Positions 51,484-61,851 of a stretch of 64,000 nucleotides of DNA are shown here, piece after piece. The stretch comes from Escherichia phage vB_EcoM_SA21RB: the sequence record OL960580; one strand, 5' to 3'. A model generated the notes under the pieces. The model made no database searches. It saw nothing but the letters and a program-made list of their open reading frames with translations, and was not told the origin of the DNA. Position 1 is the first letter of the stretch. The number at the start of each line of letters is the position of its first letter. Position numbers and translations under genes: made by a program.

Positions 51484-54400
51484 ATGGCCGAGATTAAAAG
51501 AAAGTTCAGAGCAGAAGATGGTCTGGACGCAGGTGGCGATAAAATAATCAACGTAGCTTTAGCTGATCGTGCCGTAGGAACTGACGGTGTTAACGTTGAT
51601 TACCTAATTCAAGAAAACACAGTTCAACAATACGATCCAACTCGTGGATATTTAAAAGATTTTGTAATCATTTATGATAACCGCTTTTGGGCTGCTATAA
51701 ATGATATTCCAAAACCGGCAGGAGCTTTTAATAGCGGACGCTGGAGAGCATTACGTACTGATGCTAACTGGATTACTGTCTCATCTGGTTCATATCAATT
51801 AAAATCTGGTGAAGCTATTTCGGTTAACACTGCAGCTGGTAATGATATTACATTTACTTTACCATCTACTCCAATTGATGGTGATACTATCATTCTCCAA
51901 GATATTGGAGGAAAACCTGGAGTTAACCAAGTTTTAATTGTAGCTCCAGTGCAAAGTATTGTAAACTTCAGAGGCGAGCAAGTACGTTCAGTACTAATGA
52001 CTCATCCAAAGTCACAGTTAGTTTTAATTTTTAGTAATCGTCTGTGGCAAATGTATGTAGCTGATTATAGTAGAGAAGCTGTAGTTGTAACACCAGCGAA
52101 TACTTATCAAGCGCAATCTAATGATTTTATCGTACGTAGATTTACTTCTGCTGCACCGATAAATATTAAACTTCCGAGATTTGCTAATCACGGCGATATT
52201 ATTAATTTCGTCGATTTGGATAAATTAAATCCACTTTATCATACAATTGTTACTACATACGATGAAACGACATCAGTACAAGAAGATGGAACTCATTCCA
52301 TTGAAGGCCGTACATCTATTGATGGCTTCTTGATGTATGATGATAATGAAAAATTATGGAGACTGTTTGACGGGGACAGTAAAGCACGTTTACGTATCAT
52401 AACAACTAATTCAAACATTCGTCCAAATGAAGAAGTTATGGTATTTGGTGCGAATAATGGAACAACTCAAACGATTGAGCTTCAGCTTCCAACTAATATT
52501 TCTGTTGGTGATACTGTTAAAATTTCCATGAATTACATGAGAAAAGGACAAACAGTTAAAATCAAAGCTGCCGGTGAAGATAAAATTGCTTCTTCAGTTC
52601 AATTGCTGCAATTCCCAAAACGTTCAGAATATCCACCTGAAGCTGAATGGGTGACTGTTCAAGAATTAGTTTTTAACGGTGAAACTAATTATGTTCCAGT
52701 TTTACAACTTGCTTATATAGAAGATTCTGACGGAAAATACTGGGTTGTACAACAAAACGTTCCAACTGTAGAAAGAGTTGATTCTTTAAATGATTCTACT
52801 AGAGCAAGATTAGGCGTGATTGCTTTAGCTACACAAGCGCAAGCTAATGTCGATTTAGAAAATTCTCCACAAAAAGAATTAGCAATTACTCCAGAAACAT
52901 TAGCTAACCGTACTGCTACAGAAACTCGTAGAGGTATCGCAAGAATAGCAACTACTGCTCAAGTAAATCAGAACACCACATTCTCTTTTGCTGATGATAT
53001 TATCATTACTCCTAAAAAGCTGAATGAAAGAACTGCTACAGAAACTCGTAGAGGTGTCGCTGAAATTGCTACACAACAGGAAACTAATGCAGGTACTGAT
53101 GATACTACAATCATTACTCCTAAAAAGCTTCAAGCTCGTCAGGGTTCTGAATCATTATCTGGTATTGTAACCTTTGTATCTACCGCAGGAGCTACTCCAG
53201 CTTCTAGTCGTGAATTAAATGGTACAAACGTTTATAATAAAAACACTAATAATTTAGTTGTTTCGCCTAAAGCTCTGGATCAGTATAAAGCTACTCCAAC
53301 ACAACAAGGTGCAGTAATTTTAGCAGTTGAAAGCGAAGTAATTGCTGGACAGAGTCAAGAAGGATGGGCAAATGCTGTTGTAACGCCAGAAACGTTACAT
53401 AAAAAGACATCAACTGATGCAAGAATTGGTTTAATTGAAATTGCTACACAAAGTGAAGTTAATACAGGAACTGATTATACTCGTGCAGTCACTCCTAAAA
53501 CTTTAAATGACCGTATAGCAACTGAAAGTTTAAGTGGTATAGCTGAAATTGCTACGCAAGTTGAATTCGACGCAGGCGTCGACGATACTCGTATCTCTAC
53601 ACCATTAAAAATTAAAACTAGATTTAATAGTACTGATCGTACTTCTGTTGTTGCTCTATCTGGATTAGTTGAATCAGGAACTCTCTGGGACCATTATACC
53701 CTTAATATTCTTGAAGCAAATGAGACACAGCGTGGTACACTTCGTGTGGCTACACAAGTTGAAGCTGCTGCAGGAACATTAGATAATGTTTTAATAACTC
53801 CTAAAAAGCTTTTAGGTACTAAATCTACCGAATCGCAGGAAGGTGTTATTAAAGTTGCAACTCAGTCTGAAACTGTAACTGGAACGTCAGCAAATACTGC
53901 TGTATCTCCAAAAAATTTAAAATGGATTGTACAGAGTGAACCTACTTGGGCAGCTACTACTGCGATAAGAGGCTTTGTTAAAACTTCATCTGGATCAATT
54001 ACATTCGTTGGTAATGATACAGCTGGTTCTACGCAGGACTTAGAGCTATACGAGAAAAATAGCTATGCAGTATCACCATATGAATTAAACCGTGTATTAG
54101 CAAATTATTTGCCATTAAAAGCAAAAGCTGCTGATACAAATTTATTGGATGGTCTAGATTCATCTCAATTCATTCGTAGGGATATTGCACAGACGGTTAA
54201 TGGTTCACTAACCTTAACCCAACAAACGAATCTGAGTGCCCCTCTTGTATCATCTAGTACTGCTACGTTTGGCGGATCAGTTTCGGCAAACAGCACATTA
54301 ACTATTTCTAATACTGGAACGGCAACTCGTCTGATTTTTGAGAAAGGACCTCAAACTGGAACTAACCCAGTACAGACGATGACTATCAGAGTTTGGGGAA

Positions 54401-55353
54401 ATCAGTTTGGTGGCGGTTCAGATACAACACGTTCTACTGTATTTGAAGTTGGTGATGAAACGTCTAATCACTTTTATTCTCAACGCAATAAAGCTGGGAA
54501 TATAACGTTTAGTATCAATGGTACTGTAATGCCAATAAATGTTAATGCTTCGGGTTCTTTGAATGCGAACGGCGTTGCAACATTTGGTAGTTCAGTTACA
54601 GCCAATGGCGAATTCATCAGCAAGTCTGCAAATGCTTTCAGAGCAATAAATGGCGACTATGGATTCTTTATTCGCAATGATGCTGCTAACACCTATTTTA
54701 TGCTTACTGCATCGGGTGATCAGACTGGCGGATTTAATGGATTACGTCCTTTAGCTATTAATAATGCATCTGGTCAAGTAACGATTGGTGAAAGCTTAAT
54801 CATTGCCAAAGGTGCTACTATAAATTCAGGTGGTTTAACTGTTAACTCGAGAATTCGTTCTCAGGGCACTAAAACTGCTGACCTATACACCCGTGCACCG
54901 ACATCTGATACTGTAGGATTCTGGTCAATCGATATTAATGATTCAGCTACTTATAACCAGTTCCCGGGTTATTTTAAAATGGTTGAAAAAACTAATGAAG
55001 TGACTGGACTTCCATACTTAGAACGTGGAGAAGAGGTTAAATCTCCTGGTACATTGACTCAATTTGGTAACACACTTGATTCGCTTTACCAAGATTGGAT
55101 TACTTATCCAACGACTCCAGAAGCACGTACCACTCGCTGGACCCGTACATGGCAGAAAACCAAAAACTCTTGGTCAAGTTTTGTTCAGGTATTTGATGGA
55201 GGTAACCCTCCTCAGCCGTCTGATATCGGTGCTTTACCATCTGATAATGCTACAATGGGGAATCTTACTATTCGTGATTTCTTACGAATAGGTAATGTTC
55301 GTATTATTCCTGACCCAGTGAATAAAACGGTTAAATTTGAATGGGTTGAATAA
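51484..55353 (+). CDS. 34: Long tail fiber proximal subunit gp34
   Basis: 1289-aa ORF, length of T4 gp34; internal repeated motifs. Confidence 0.95.
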   Translation: MAEIKRKFRAEDGLDAGGDKIINVALADRAVGTDGVNVDYLIQENTVQQYDPTRGYLKDFVIIYDNRFWAAINDIPKPAGAFNSGRWRALRTDANWITVSSGSYQLKSGEAISVNTAAGNDITFTLPSTPIDGDTIILQDIGGKPGVNQVLIVAPVQSIVNFRGEQVRSVLMTHPKSQLVLIFSNRLWQMYVADYSREAVVVTPANTYQAQSNDFIVRRFTSAAPINIKLPRFANHGDIINFVDLDKLNPLYHTIVTTYDETTSVQEDGTHSIEGRTSIDGFLMYDDNEKLWRLFDGDSKARLRIITTNSNIRPNEEVMVFGANNGTTQTIELQLPTNISVGDTVKISMNYMRKGQTVKIKAAGEDKIASSVQLLQFPKRSEYPPEAEWVTVQELVFNGETNYVPVLQLAYIEDSDGKYWVVQQNVPTVERVDSLNDSTRARLGVIALATQAQANVDLENSPQKELAITPETLANRTATETRRGIARIATTAQVNQNTTFSFADDIIITPKKLNERTATETRRGVAEIATQQETNAGTDDTTIITPKKLQARQGSESLSGIVTFVSTAGATPASSRELNGTNVYNKNTNNLVVSPKALDQYKATPTQQGAVILAVESEVIAGQSQEGWANAVVTPETLHKKTSTDARIGLIEIATQSEVNTGTDYTRAVTPKTLNDRIATESLSGIAEIATQVEFDAGVDDTRISTPLKIKTRFNSTDRTSVVALSGLVESGTLWDHYTLNILEANETQRGTLRVATQVEAAAGTLDNVLITPKKLLGTKSTESQEGVIKVATQSETVTGTSANTAVSPKNLKWIVQSEPTWAATTAIRGFVKTSSGSITFVGNDTAGSTQDLELYEKNSYAVSPYELNRVLANYLPLKAKAADTNLLDGLDSSQFIRRDIAQTVNGSLTLTQQTNLSAPLVSSSTATFGGSVSANSTLTISNTGTATRLIFEKGPQTGTNPVQTMTIRVWGNQFGGGSDTTRSTVFEVGDETSNHFYSQRNKAGNITFSINGTVMPINVNASGSLNANGVATFGSSVTANGEFISKSANAFRAINGDYGFFIRNDAANTYFMLTASGDQTGGFNGLRPLAINNASGQVTIGESLIIAKGATINSGGLTVNSRIRSQGTKTADLYTRAPTSDTVGFWSIDINDSATYNQFPGYFKMVEKTNEVTGLPYLERGEEVKSPGTLTQFGNTLDSLYQDWITYPTTPEARTTRWTRTWQKTKNSWSSFVQVFDGGNPPQPSDIGALPSDNATMGNLTIRDFLRIGNVRIIPDPVNKTVKFEWVE
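52860..53950 (+). repeat. Tandem coding repeats (about 120-bp / 40-aa units) within gene 34
   Basis: Exact 24-bp ACTGCTACAGAAACTCGTAGAGGT at 52911 and 53031; recurring ATTACTCCTAAAAAGCT (ITPKKL) units. Confidence 0.8.
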
Positions 55354-55361
55354 GAGGTATT

Positions 55362-56477
55362 ATGGAAAAATTTATGGCAGAGTTTGGACAAGGATATGTC
55401 CAAACGCCATTTTTATCGGAAAGTAATTCAGTAAGATACAAAATAAGTATAGCGGGTTCTTGCCCGCTTTCTACTGCAGGACCACACGTTAAATTTCAGG
55501 ATAATCCTGTCGGAAATCAAACATTTAATGCAGGTCTTCATCTAAGAGTTTTTGACCCTTCCACAGGAGCATTAGTTGATAGTAAGTCATATGCTTTTTC
55601 TACTTCAAACGATACTACATCGGCTGCTTTTGTTAGTTTCATGAATTCTTTGACGAATAACAGACTTGTTGCTATATTAACTAGCGGAAAGGTTAATTTT
55701 CCTCCTGAAGTAGTATCTTGGTTAAGAACCGCAGGAACGTCTGCTTTTCCATCTGATTCTATATTGTCAAGATTTGACGTATCATATGCTGCCTTTTATA
55801 CTTCTTCTAAAAGAGCTATTGCATTAGAGCATGTTAAACTGAGTAACAGAAAAAGCACAGATGACTATCAAACTATTTTAGATGTTGTATTTGACAGTTT
55901 AGAAGACGTTGGAGCTACGGGATTTCCTAAAAGAACATACGAAAGCGTTGAGCAATTTATGTCAGCAGTCGGTGGAACTAATAACGAAATTGCACGTCTA
56001 CCAACTTCAGCTGCCATAAGTAAATTATCTGACTATAATTTAATTCCTGGCGATGTTCTTTATCTCAAAGCACAGTTATATGCTGATGCCGATTTACTTG
56101 CGCTTGGAACTACAAATATATCTATCCGTTTTTATAACGCATCGAATGGATATATTTCCTCGACACAAGCTGAGTTTACCGGACAAGCTGGGTCTTGGGA
56201 ATTAAAGGAAGATTATGTAGTTGTTCCAGAAAACGCTGTCGGATTTACGATATACGCACAGAGAACTGCGCAAGCTGGTCAAGGTGGCATGAGAAATTTA
56301 AGCTTTTCTGAGGTGTCAAGAAATGGAGGTATTTCGAAACCTGCTGAATTTGGCGTCAATGGCATTCGTGTTAATTATATCTGTGAATCTGCTTCACCTC
56401 CGGATATAATGGTACTTCCTACGCAAGCATCGTCTAAAACTGGTAAAGTGTTTGGGCAAGAATTTAGAGAAGTTTAA
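55362..56477 (+). CDS. 35: Long tail fiber hinge connector gp35
   Basis: 371-aa ORF with SD AAGAGG. Confidence 0.92.
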   Translation: MEKFMAEFGQGYVQTPFLSESNSVRYKISIAGSCPLSTAGPHVKFQDNPVGNQTFNAGLHLRVFDPSTGALVDSKSYAFSTSNDTTSAAFVSFMNSLTNNRLVAILTSGKVNFPPEVVSWLRTAGTSAFPSDSILSRFDVSYAAFYTSSKRAIALEHVKLSNRKSTDDYQTILDVVFDSLEDVGATGFPKRTYESVEQFMSAVGGTNNEIARLPTSAAISKLSDYNLIPGDVLYLKAQLYADADLLALGTTNISIRFYNASNGYISSTQAEFTGQAGSWELKEDYVVVPENAVGFTIYAQRTAQAGQGGMRNLSFSEVSRNGGISKPAEFGVNGIRVNYICESASPPDIMVLPTQASSKTGKVFGQEFREV

Positions 56478-56482
56478 ATTGA

Positions 56483-56506
56483 GGGAGCCTTCGGGTTCCC
56501 TTTTTC
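56483..56506 (+). terminator. Rho-independent terminator after gene 35
   Basis: GGGAGCC-UUCG-GGUUCCC hairpin followed by UUUUUC. Confidence 0.7.
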
Positions 56507-56508
56507 TT

Positions 56509-56516
56509 TATAAATA
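56509..56516 (+). promoter_or_regulatory. Late promoter box TATAAATA upstream of gene 36
   Basis: Exact motif 24 nt upstream of the ATG. Confidence 0.55.
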
Positions 56517-56539
56517 CTATTAAAATAAAGGGGCATACA

Positions 56540-57205
56540 ATGGCTGATTTAAAAGTAGGTTCAACAACCGGAGGCTCTGTCATTTGGCATCAAGGAAATT
56601 TTCCATTGAATCCAGCCGGTGACGATGTACTCTATAAATCATTTAAAATATATTCAGAATACAATAAACCACAAGCTGTTGATAACGATTTCGTTTCTAA
56701 AGCTAATGGTGGTACTTATGCATCAAAGGTAACATTTAATGCTGGTGTTCAAGTACCATATGCTGTAAACAATACAAACCCGTGCGGTATTTATCCAGGT
56801 AACGGTGATAATGCTACTTTTGCTGTAGCAAATATCGATATTGTTTCGTGGAATGGTATTGGTTTTAAATCATCACAGGGTTCAGCAGCCCGAACTGTTG
56901 TAATTAATGCACGTAATGGTGATATTAGCACAAAAGGTGTTGTATCAGCTGCGGGTCAAGTAAGAAGTGATGCAGCTGCTCCTATAGCAGCGAATGACCT
57001 TACTAGAAAGGACTATGTTGACGGAGCAATAAATACTGTTACGGCAAATGCGAACTCTAGAGTGTTACGATCTGGTGATACTATGATTGGAAACTTAACC
57101 GCACCAAACTTTTTCTCACAGAATCCTGCATCTCAACCTTCACATGTTCCACGATTTGACCAAATCGTAATTAAGGATTCTGTTCAAGATTTCGGCTATT
57201 ATTAA
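56540..57205 (+). CDS. 36: Long tail fiber distal connector gp36
   Basis: 221-aa ORF, length of T4 gp36. Confidence 0.92.
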   Translation: MADLKVGSTTGGSVIWHQGNFPLNPAGDDVLYKSFKIYSEYNKPQAVDNDFVSKANGGTYASKVTFNAGVQVPYAVNNTNPCGIYPGNGDNATFAVANIDIVSWNGIGFKSSQGSAARTVVINARNGDISTKGVVSAAGQVRSDAAAPIAANDLTRKDYVDGAINTVTANANSRVLRSGDTMIGNLTAPNFFSQNPASQPSHVPRFDQIVIKDSVQDFGYY

Positions 57206-57213
57206 GAGGACTT

Positions 57214-60200
57214 ATGGCTACTTTAAAACAAATACAATTTAAAAGAAGCAAAACCGCAGGTGCACGTCCTGCTGCTTCAGTATTAGCCGAAGGTGAATTG
57301 GCTATAAACTTAAAAGATAGAACAATTTTTACTAAAGATGATTCAGGAAATATCATTGACTTAAGCATTTCCGCTGGCGGTAATATCAGTGGAAATATCA
57401 CTCAAACTGGTGATTATACACAGACTGGAAAATTTAATTTAATTGGCCCGCAGATTATAGCAAGTGGTGGATATATTGAGTTTAATTATCGTACTACTGG
57501 AAGTGGGGCTTGGTCCGGTCAACACACTGCAAAAGCTCCAATTTTTGTAGATTTAAGCTCAGCTACTTCCACATCTGAATATAATCCTATAATTAAACAG
57601 CGCTTTAAAGATGGAACTTTTTCATTAGGTACTTTAGTTTCTGAAGGTTCGTTAAAGATTCATTATATTGATGAAACTGGTCAATCTAAATATTGGACAT
57701 TTGCGCGCTCAGGTAATTTTCAAGTTGATTCTGGTAATTTATTAGTATCTGGTGGATATTTAGTCGCTCAGAGTAATATTGAAACAAGAACAGGTTCTTT
57801 GATTGGTCCATCTGTTGTAACTAAAAATATTTCATTTGATACGAAAGCGTTTGGACAATACGATTCGCAGTCATTAGTTCAATATGTTTATCCTGGAACT
57901 GGTGAAACAAACGGAATTAATTACCTTCGTAAATTCCGTGCAAAATCTGGTGGTACGATTTATCATGAATTAGCTTCTGCACAAACCGGAAAAAGTGATG
58001 AACTGTCTTGGTGGACCGGTAATACAGCCGTTAATAAACAAATGGGCCTTCGCAATGATGGGTCTTTAGTATTGCGACGCTCACTCGCAATTGGTACAAT
58101 TACAACAGATGAAAACATTAATAATTACGGCTCCACTGGAGCAATGGGTGAATGCTATATAGTCATTGGAGATGCCGCAACTGGTATATCATATAAAAGA
58201 TCTGGTGTATATGATTTAGTTGCTAATGGTCTTTCTATCGCGTCTATTACTCCTGACAGTTTCCGTAGTACTCGTAAAGCATTATTTGGACGTTCAGAAG
58301 ACCAAGGTGCAACTTGGATTATGCCAGGTACGAATGCTGCATTTTTATCAGTTCAAACACAGGCTGATGAAAACTCTGCTGGAGATGGTCAAACCCACAT
58401 TGGATATAACTCTGGCGGTAAAATGAACCACTATTTCCGTGGTAAAGGAAAAACTAATATTAATACTCAAGAAGGCATGGAAGTTAACCCGGGTATTCTT
58501 AAACTAGTAACCGGTGCAAATAATGTAATGTTTTATGCTGATGGCGGTATTACATCTGTTAAGCAGCTTTCAATATATAACGGCATATATTTAGCAGCTA
58601 ATAATTCTACTGCTGGGCTGACATTCGCTCCAACTACTACAATTGATGGTACTAAGCAAATCATGTGGGAAGGCGGTAAGCGTGCTGGTCAAAATAAAAG
58701 CTATGTAACCGTTAAAGCGTGGGGTAATTCATTTAACGCATCTGGCGATCGTAATCGTGAAACAGTTTTTGAAGTAGCTGACGGACAAGGTTATTATTTT
58801 TATTCCCAGCGTGTAGCCCCAAGCGGCTCAGAAACTACTGGTCCTGTTGTAACCCAGTTTGCTGGAGCTGTTAATGCTAGAGGAAGTATTATTACTGACG
58901 GAAGTTTTAAAGTTAATGGATTAAGCACTTTAGTCGGTAATGTTACCATGTCTAATGGTTTGTTTGTCCAAGGTGGTTCTTCTATTACTGGACAAGTTAA
59001 AATCGGCGGAACTGCTGATGCATTAAGAATTTGGAATGCCGAATATGGTGCTATTTTCCGTCGCTCAGAAAGTAATCTTTATATTATCCCGACTCTTAAA
59101 GATGCTGGAGAATCTGGCGGTATAAGTAATCTTAGACCATTGATAATAGAACTGAACACCGGCACAGTTAAAATGTCGCATGATGTTCATTTAGGAGATT
59201 CTGGATCTGGTACAGGATTATTACAAGTAAGTAATAGTCTTAAAACTATTAAAATGATATGTCCAGTAACTATTAATGAACGTAATGCAGCGCTTACTCT
59301 AGATTCTCCTTCATCTTCTTCTGCTAATTATTTGCAGGGTTCTAAAGCTGGAACTAGATCGTGGTATGTTGGTCTTGGTGGTGCTGGAAATGATTTATCA
59401 CTTTATAGCCAATCTTATGGACATGGTCTTGTTATAAGTGATAATTTCGTGTCAATCACTAAACCCTTTAAAGTCGGAAATGCCCAACTAGGAACTGACG
59501 GTAATATTACTAGCGGTTCAGGAAACTTTGCTAACTTAAACACCACGCTAAATCGTAAAGTTAATTCTGGATTTATTACTTATGGAGCAACTGCTGGATG
59601 GTATAAGTTTGCAACAGTAACAATGCCACAATCCACTTCTACGGTCTTCTTTAAAATAGCCGGTGGTTCTGGATTTAATAGTGGATTATTCACACAATGC
59701 AATATTGCTGAAATTGTTTTACGTACTAGTAATGAAAGACCTGCTGACTTAAATGCTGTATTATACACAAGAACAATTGCAGCTGCATTTAAAAATATTG
59801 CAGTTAATAACGTCTCTGGAGATACATATGACATTTATGTTTATGCCGGAACATATTGCAATCAATTAACTTGTGAATGGTCATGTACCGAAAATGCTAC
59901 TGTTAGCGTTATTGGTATTAACTCATCTACCCAATCACCTGTGGATGCTCTTCCAGATACAGCAGTTGATGGGCAAGTTGCTAATGTTCTTAATAACTTG
60001 GTTGATCGCGGCAAAGTTAAGCGTTATGAAGCCGATTCTGAAATAGCTATTAATAACCAAACTGGTATTCGTATTAGAAGCAACAGCGATAAAACTGGTT
60101 CTGTTGCTACAATGCTACGAAATGATGGCAGTAGTTTTTATATTCTGTTTACAGATAAAAATGCCACCGATGGCGAAGCAACTGTTAACGGTGATTGGAA

Positions 60201-60996
60201 TAGTAAGCGTCCTTTCGCAATTAACTTAACAACAGGCGAAGTATTAATGAATAACGGCATAGCTGTTCGCAGTGCTGCTTTATTCTATAATAGCATAAAT
60301 GTCAAAGATAATGGTTCTATTAACTTTGATAAGTCTGGTGCTAACCCAAGAAATATGAGAATATTTCATGCTGGCGATGCTTCTCGTGGTAACCGTATTG
60401 AAATTGCCGATGAAACTAACTATATTGCTTACTTTGAAAAAGCTCCAGGTGGAGCTAACCGTTTTGTAGTAAATAATGCTACTGTAGCTGGTGTTAACCA
60501 AATGAATTCATTTGGTATTAATATCAATAACGCACTTGGTGGAAATAGTATAGCATTTGGCGATAGCGATACTGGTATTAAGCAAAATGGCGATGGATTA
60601 TTAGACATATATGCGAACAGTGTACAAGTATTCCGTTTCCAAAACGGTGATTTGTACTCATATAAAAATATAAATGCTCCAAACGTTTATATTCGTTCTG
60701 ATATTCGTTTAAAATCCAACTTTAAACCTATCGAAAATGCACTTGATAAAGTTGAAAAACTTAACGGTGTCATTTACGATAAAGCTGAATACATCGGTGG
60801 AGAGGCAATTGAAACTGAAGCAGGTATTGTGGCTCAAACGTTGAAAGACGTTTTACCAGAAGCCGTCCGTGAAACAGAAGATAGCAAGGGTAATAAAATA
60901 CTCACTGTTTCTTCTCAAGCCCAGATTGCTCTTCTGGTTGAAGCTGTGAAAACACTTTCTTCTCGTGTAAAAGAACTTGAATCTAAACTTATGTAA
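57214..60996 (+). CDS. 37: Long tail fiber distal subunit gp37 (T2-type, with C-terminal intramolecular chaperone domain)
   Basis: 1260-aa ORF with SD AAGAGGA; longer than T4 gp37 (1026 aa); C-terminus carries an SDIRLK chaperone-like signature. Confidence 0.92.
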   Translation: MATLKQIQFKRSKTAGARPAASVLAEGELAINLKDRTIFTKDDSGNIIDLSISAGGNISGNITQTGDYTQTGKFNLIGPQIIASGGYIEFNYRTTGSGAWSGQHTAKAPIFVDLSSATSTSEYNPIIKQRFKDGTFSLGTLVSEGSLKIHYIDETGQSKYWTFARSGNFQVDSGNLLVSGGYLVAQSNIETRTGSLIGPSVVTKNISFDTKAFGQYDSQSLVQYVYPGTGETNGINYLRKFRAKSGGTIYHELASAQTGKSDELSWWTGNTAVNKQMGLRNDGSLVLRRSLAIGTITTDENINNYGSTGAMGECYIVIGDAATGISYKRSGVYDLVANGLSIASITPDSFRSTRKALFGRSEDQGATWIMPGTNAAFLSVQTQADENSAGDGQTHIGYNSGGKMNHYFRGKGKTNINTQEGMEVNPGILKLVTGANNVMFYADGGITSVKQLSIYNGIYLAANNSTAGLTFAPTTTIDGTKQIMWEGGKRAGQNKSYVTVKAWGNSFNASGDRNRETVFEVADGQGYYFYSQRVAPSGSETTGPVVTQFAGAVNARGSIITDGSFKVNGLSTLVGNVTMSNGLFVQGGSSITGQVKIGGTADALRIWNAEYGAIFRRSESNLYIIPTLKDAGESGGISNLRPLIIELNTGTVKMSHDVHLGDSGSGTGLLQVSNSLKTIKMICPVTINERNAALTLDSPSSSSANYLQGSKAGTRSWYVGLGGAGNDLSLYSQSYGHGLVISDNFVSITKPFKVGNAQLGTDGNITSGSGNFANLNTTLNRKVNSGFITYGATAGWYKFATVTMPQSTSTVFFKIAGGSGFNSGLFTQCNIAEIVLRTSNERPADLNAVLYTRTIAAAFKNIAVNNVSGDTYDIYVYAGTYCNQLTCEWSCTENATVSVIGINSSTQSPVDALPDTAVDGQVANVLNNLVDRGKVKRYEADSEIAINNQTGIRIRSNSDKTGSVATMLRNDGSSFYILFTDKNATDGEATVNGDWNSKRPFAINLTTGEVLMNNGIAVRSAALFYNSINVKDNGSINFDKSGANPRNMRIFHAGDASRGNRIEIADETNYIAYFEKAPGGANRFVVNNATVAGVNQMNSFGININNALGGNSIAFGDSDTGIKQNGDGLLDIYANSVQVFRFQNGDLYSYKNINAPNVYIRSDIRLKSNFKPIENALDKVEKLNGVIYDKAEYIGGEAIETEAGIVAQTLKDVLPEAVRETEDSKGNKILTVSSQAQIALLVEAVKTLSSRVKELESKLM
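60697..60996 (+). other. Predicted self-cleaving intramolecular chaperone domain at the gp37 C-terminus (about 99 aa from Ser1162)
   Basis: Motif IRSDIRLKSNFKPIENALDKV resembles tail-spike and fiber chaperone domains that auto-cleave before the Ser. Confidence 0.55.
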
Positions 60997-60997
60997 A

Positions 60998-61015
60998 AGA
61001 GGGCTTCGGCCCTCT
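60998..61015 (+). terminator. Stem-loop AGAGGGC-UUCG-GCCCUCU after gene 37
   Basis: 7-bp stem with UUCG tetraloop; weak U-run. Confidence 0.45.
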
Positions 61016-61026
61016 AAGGATTTTTA

Positions 61027-61821
61027 ATGGCAATTGTAGGTGTTCCTGGCTGGATTGGCGAATCTGCCGTGAATGAAACTGGACAACGCTGGATGGATGC
61101 TGCAATGAAAGCAGTTCGTGTTTCAGTTCCTGGTTGGATGAGCTCAATGGCTGGGCAATCTAAAGAAGTATATTACAGTATTGGCGCTAGTAATTCATAT
61201 AATAAAGACACGCTAATAAATTATCTCAAATCTCAAGGTAGTACTCCTGTTGTTGTTACTATTACAGGAAATATTGTTTCTTCATCAGCTGGGCAACCTT
61301 GCTTAGATTTTCCTAGTTCATTAACTAATGCTTATGTAACGCTTATTATAAATGGTGGCGTAACAGTATATGGTCGTGGTGGTCGTGGCGCGCAAGCGGG
61401 AAACCAGGCAGGCCAAGCTGGCGGTACTGCAATTAACAATGGTATAGGTACTCGTCTACGAATCACTAACAATGGAGCGATTGCTGGCGGTGGTGGCGGT
61501 GGTGGCGCCCAATCAACTGATAATGGATGGGGAGGTAAATATGTTTCTGGCGGTGGCGGTGGACGTCCTTTCGGAGCTGGTGGCAATAATGGCGCAGCAG
61601 CCCCGGGCGCATCGGCATCTTTAACATCTCCAGGTGCAGGCGGAAAAATGTATTCCGGCGTTGGATACTACGGCGGCGATGGCGGTAACGTTGGTGAACG
61701 AGGTAAGGATGCGGTTAGATTGAGCGGCTATTCGAACTCCCCCGGCGCGGCTGGTAAAGCTGTTACTGGTAACGCTCCAACTTGGACTAAAGTTGGTACA
61801 ATATATGGTGCAAGAGTATAA
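61027..61821 (+). CDS. 38: Tail fiber adhesin gp38 (T2-type receptor-recognising protein with glycine-rich motifs)
   Basis: 264-aa ORF; N-terminus MAIVGVPGWIGESAVNETGQRW; several poly-Gly motifs separated by variable segments. Confidence 0.9.
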   Translation: MAIVGVPGWIGESAVNETGQRWMDAAMKAVRVSVPGWMSSMAGQSKEVYYSIGASNSYNKDTLINYLKSQGSTPVVVTITGNIVSSSAGQPCLDFPSSLTNAYVTLIINGGVTVYGRGGRGAQAGNQAGQAGGTAINNGIGTRLRITNNGAIAGGGGGGGAQSTDNGWGGKYVSGGGGGRPFGAGGNNGAAAPGASASLTSPGAGGKMYSGVGYYGGDGGNVGERGKDAVRLSGYSNSPGAAGKAVTGNAPTWTKVGTIYGARV

Positions 61822-61851
61822 TTTGAATAAATATCCTTAAAAGGAGGGTCT

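Noticed and set aside
52900-53133. 77-aa minus-strand ORF in gene 34
   Set aside because: By-product of the tandem coding repeats of gp34
61332-61586. 84-aa proline-rich minus-strand ORF
   Set aside because: Antisense of the glycine-rich (GGN) region of gp38; compositional artefact
61380-61700. Short GGTGGCGGTGG-type repeats that could suggest a CRISPR or simple-repeat array
   Set aside because: They are in-frame glycine codons of gp38, with no regular spacer-repeat architecture
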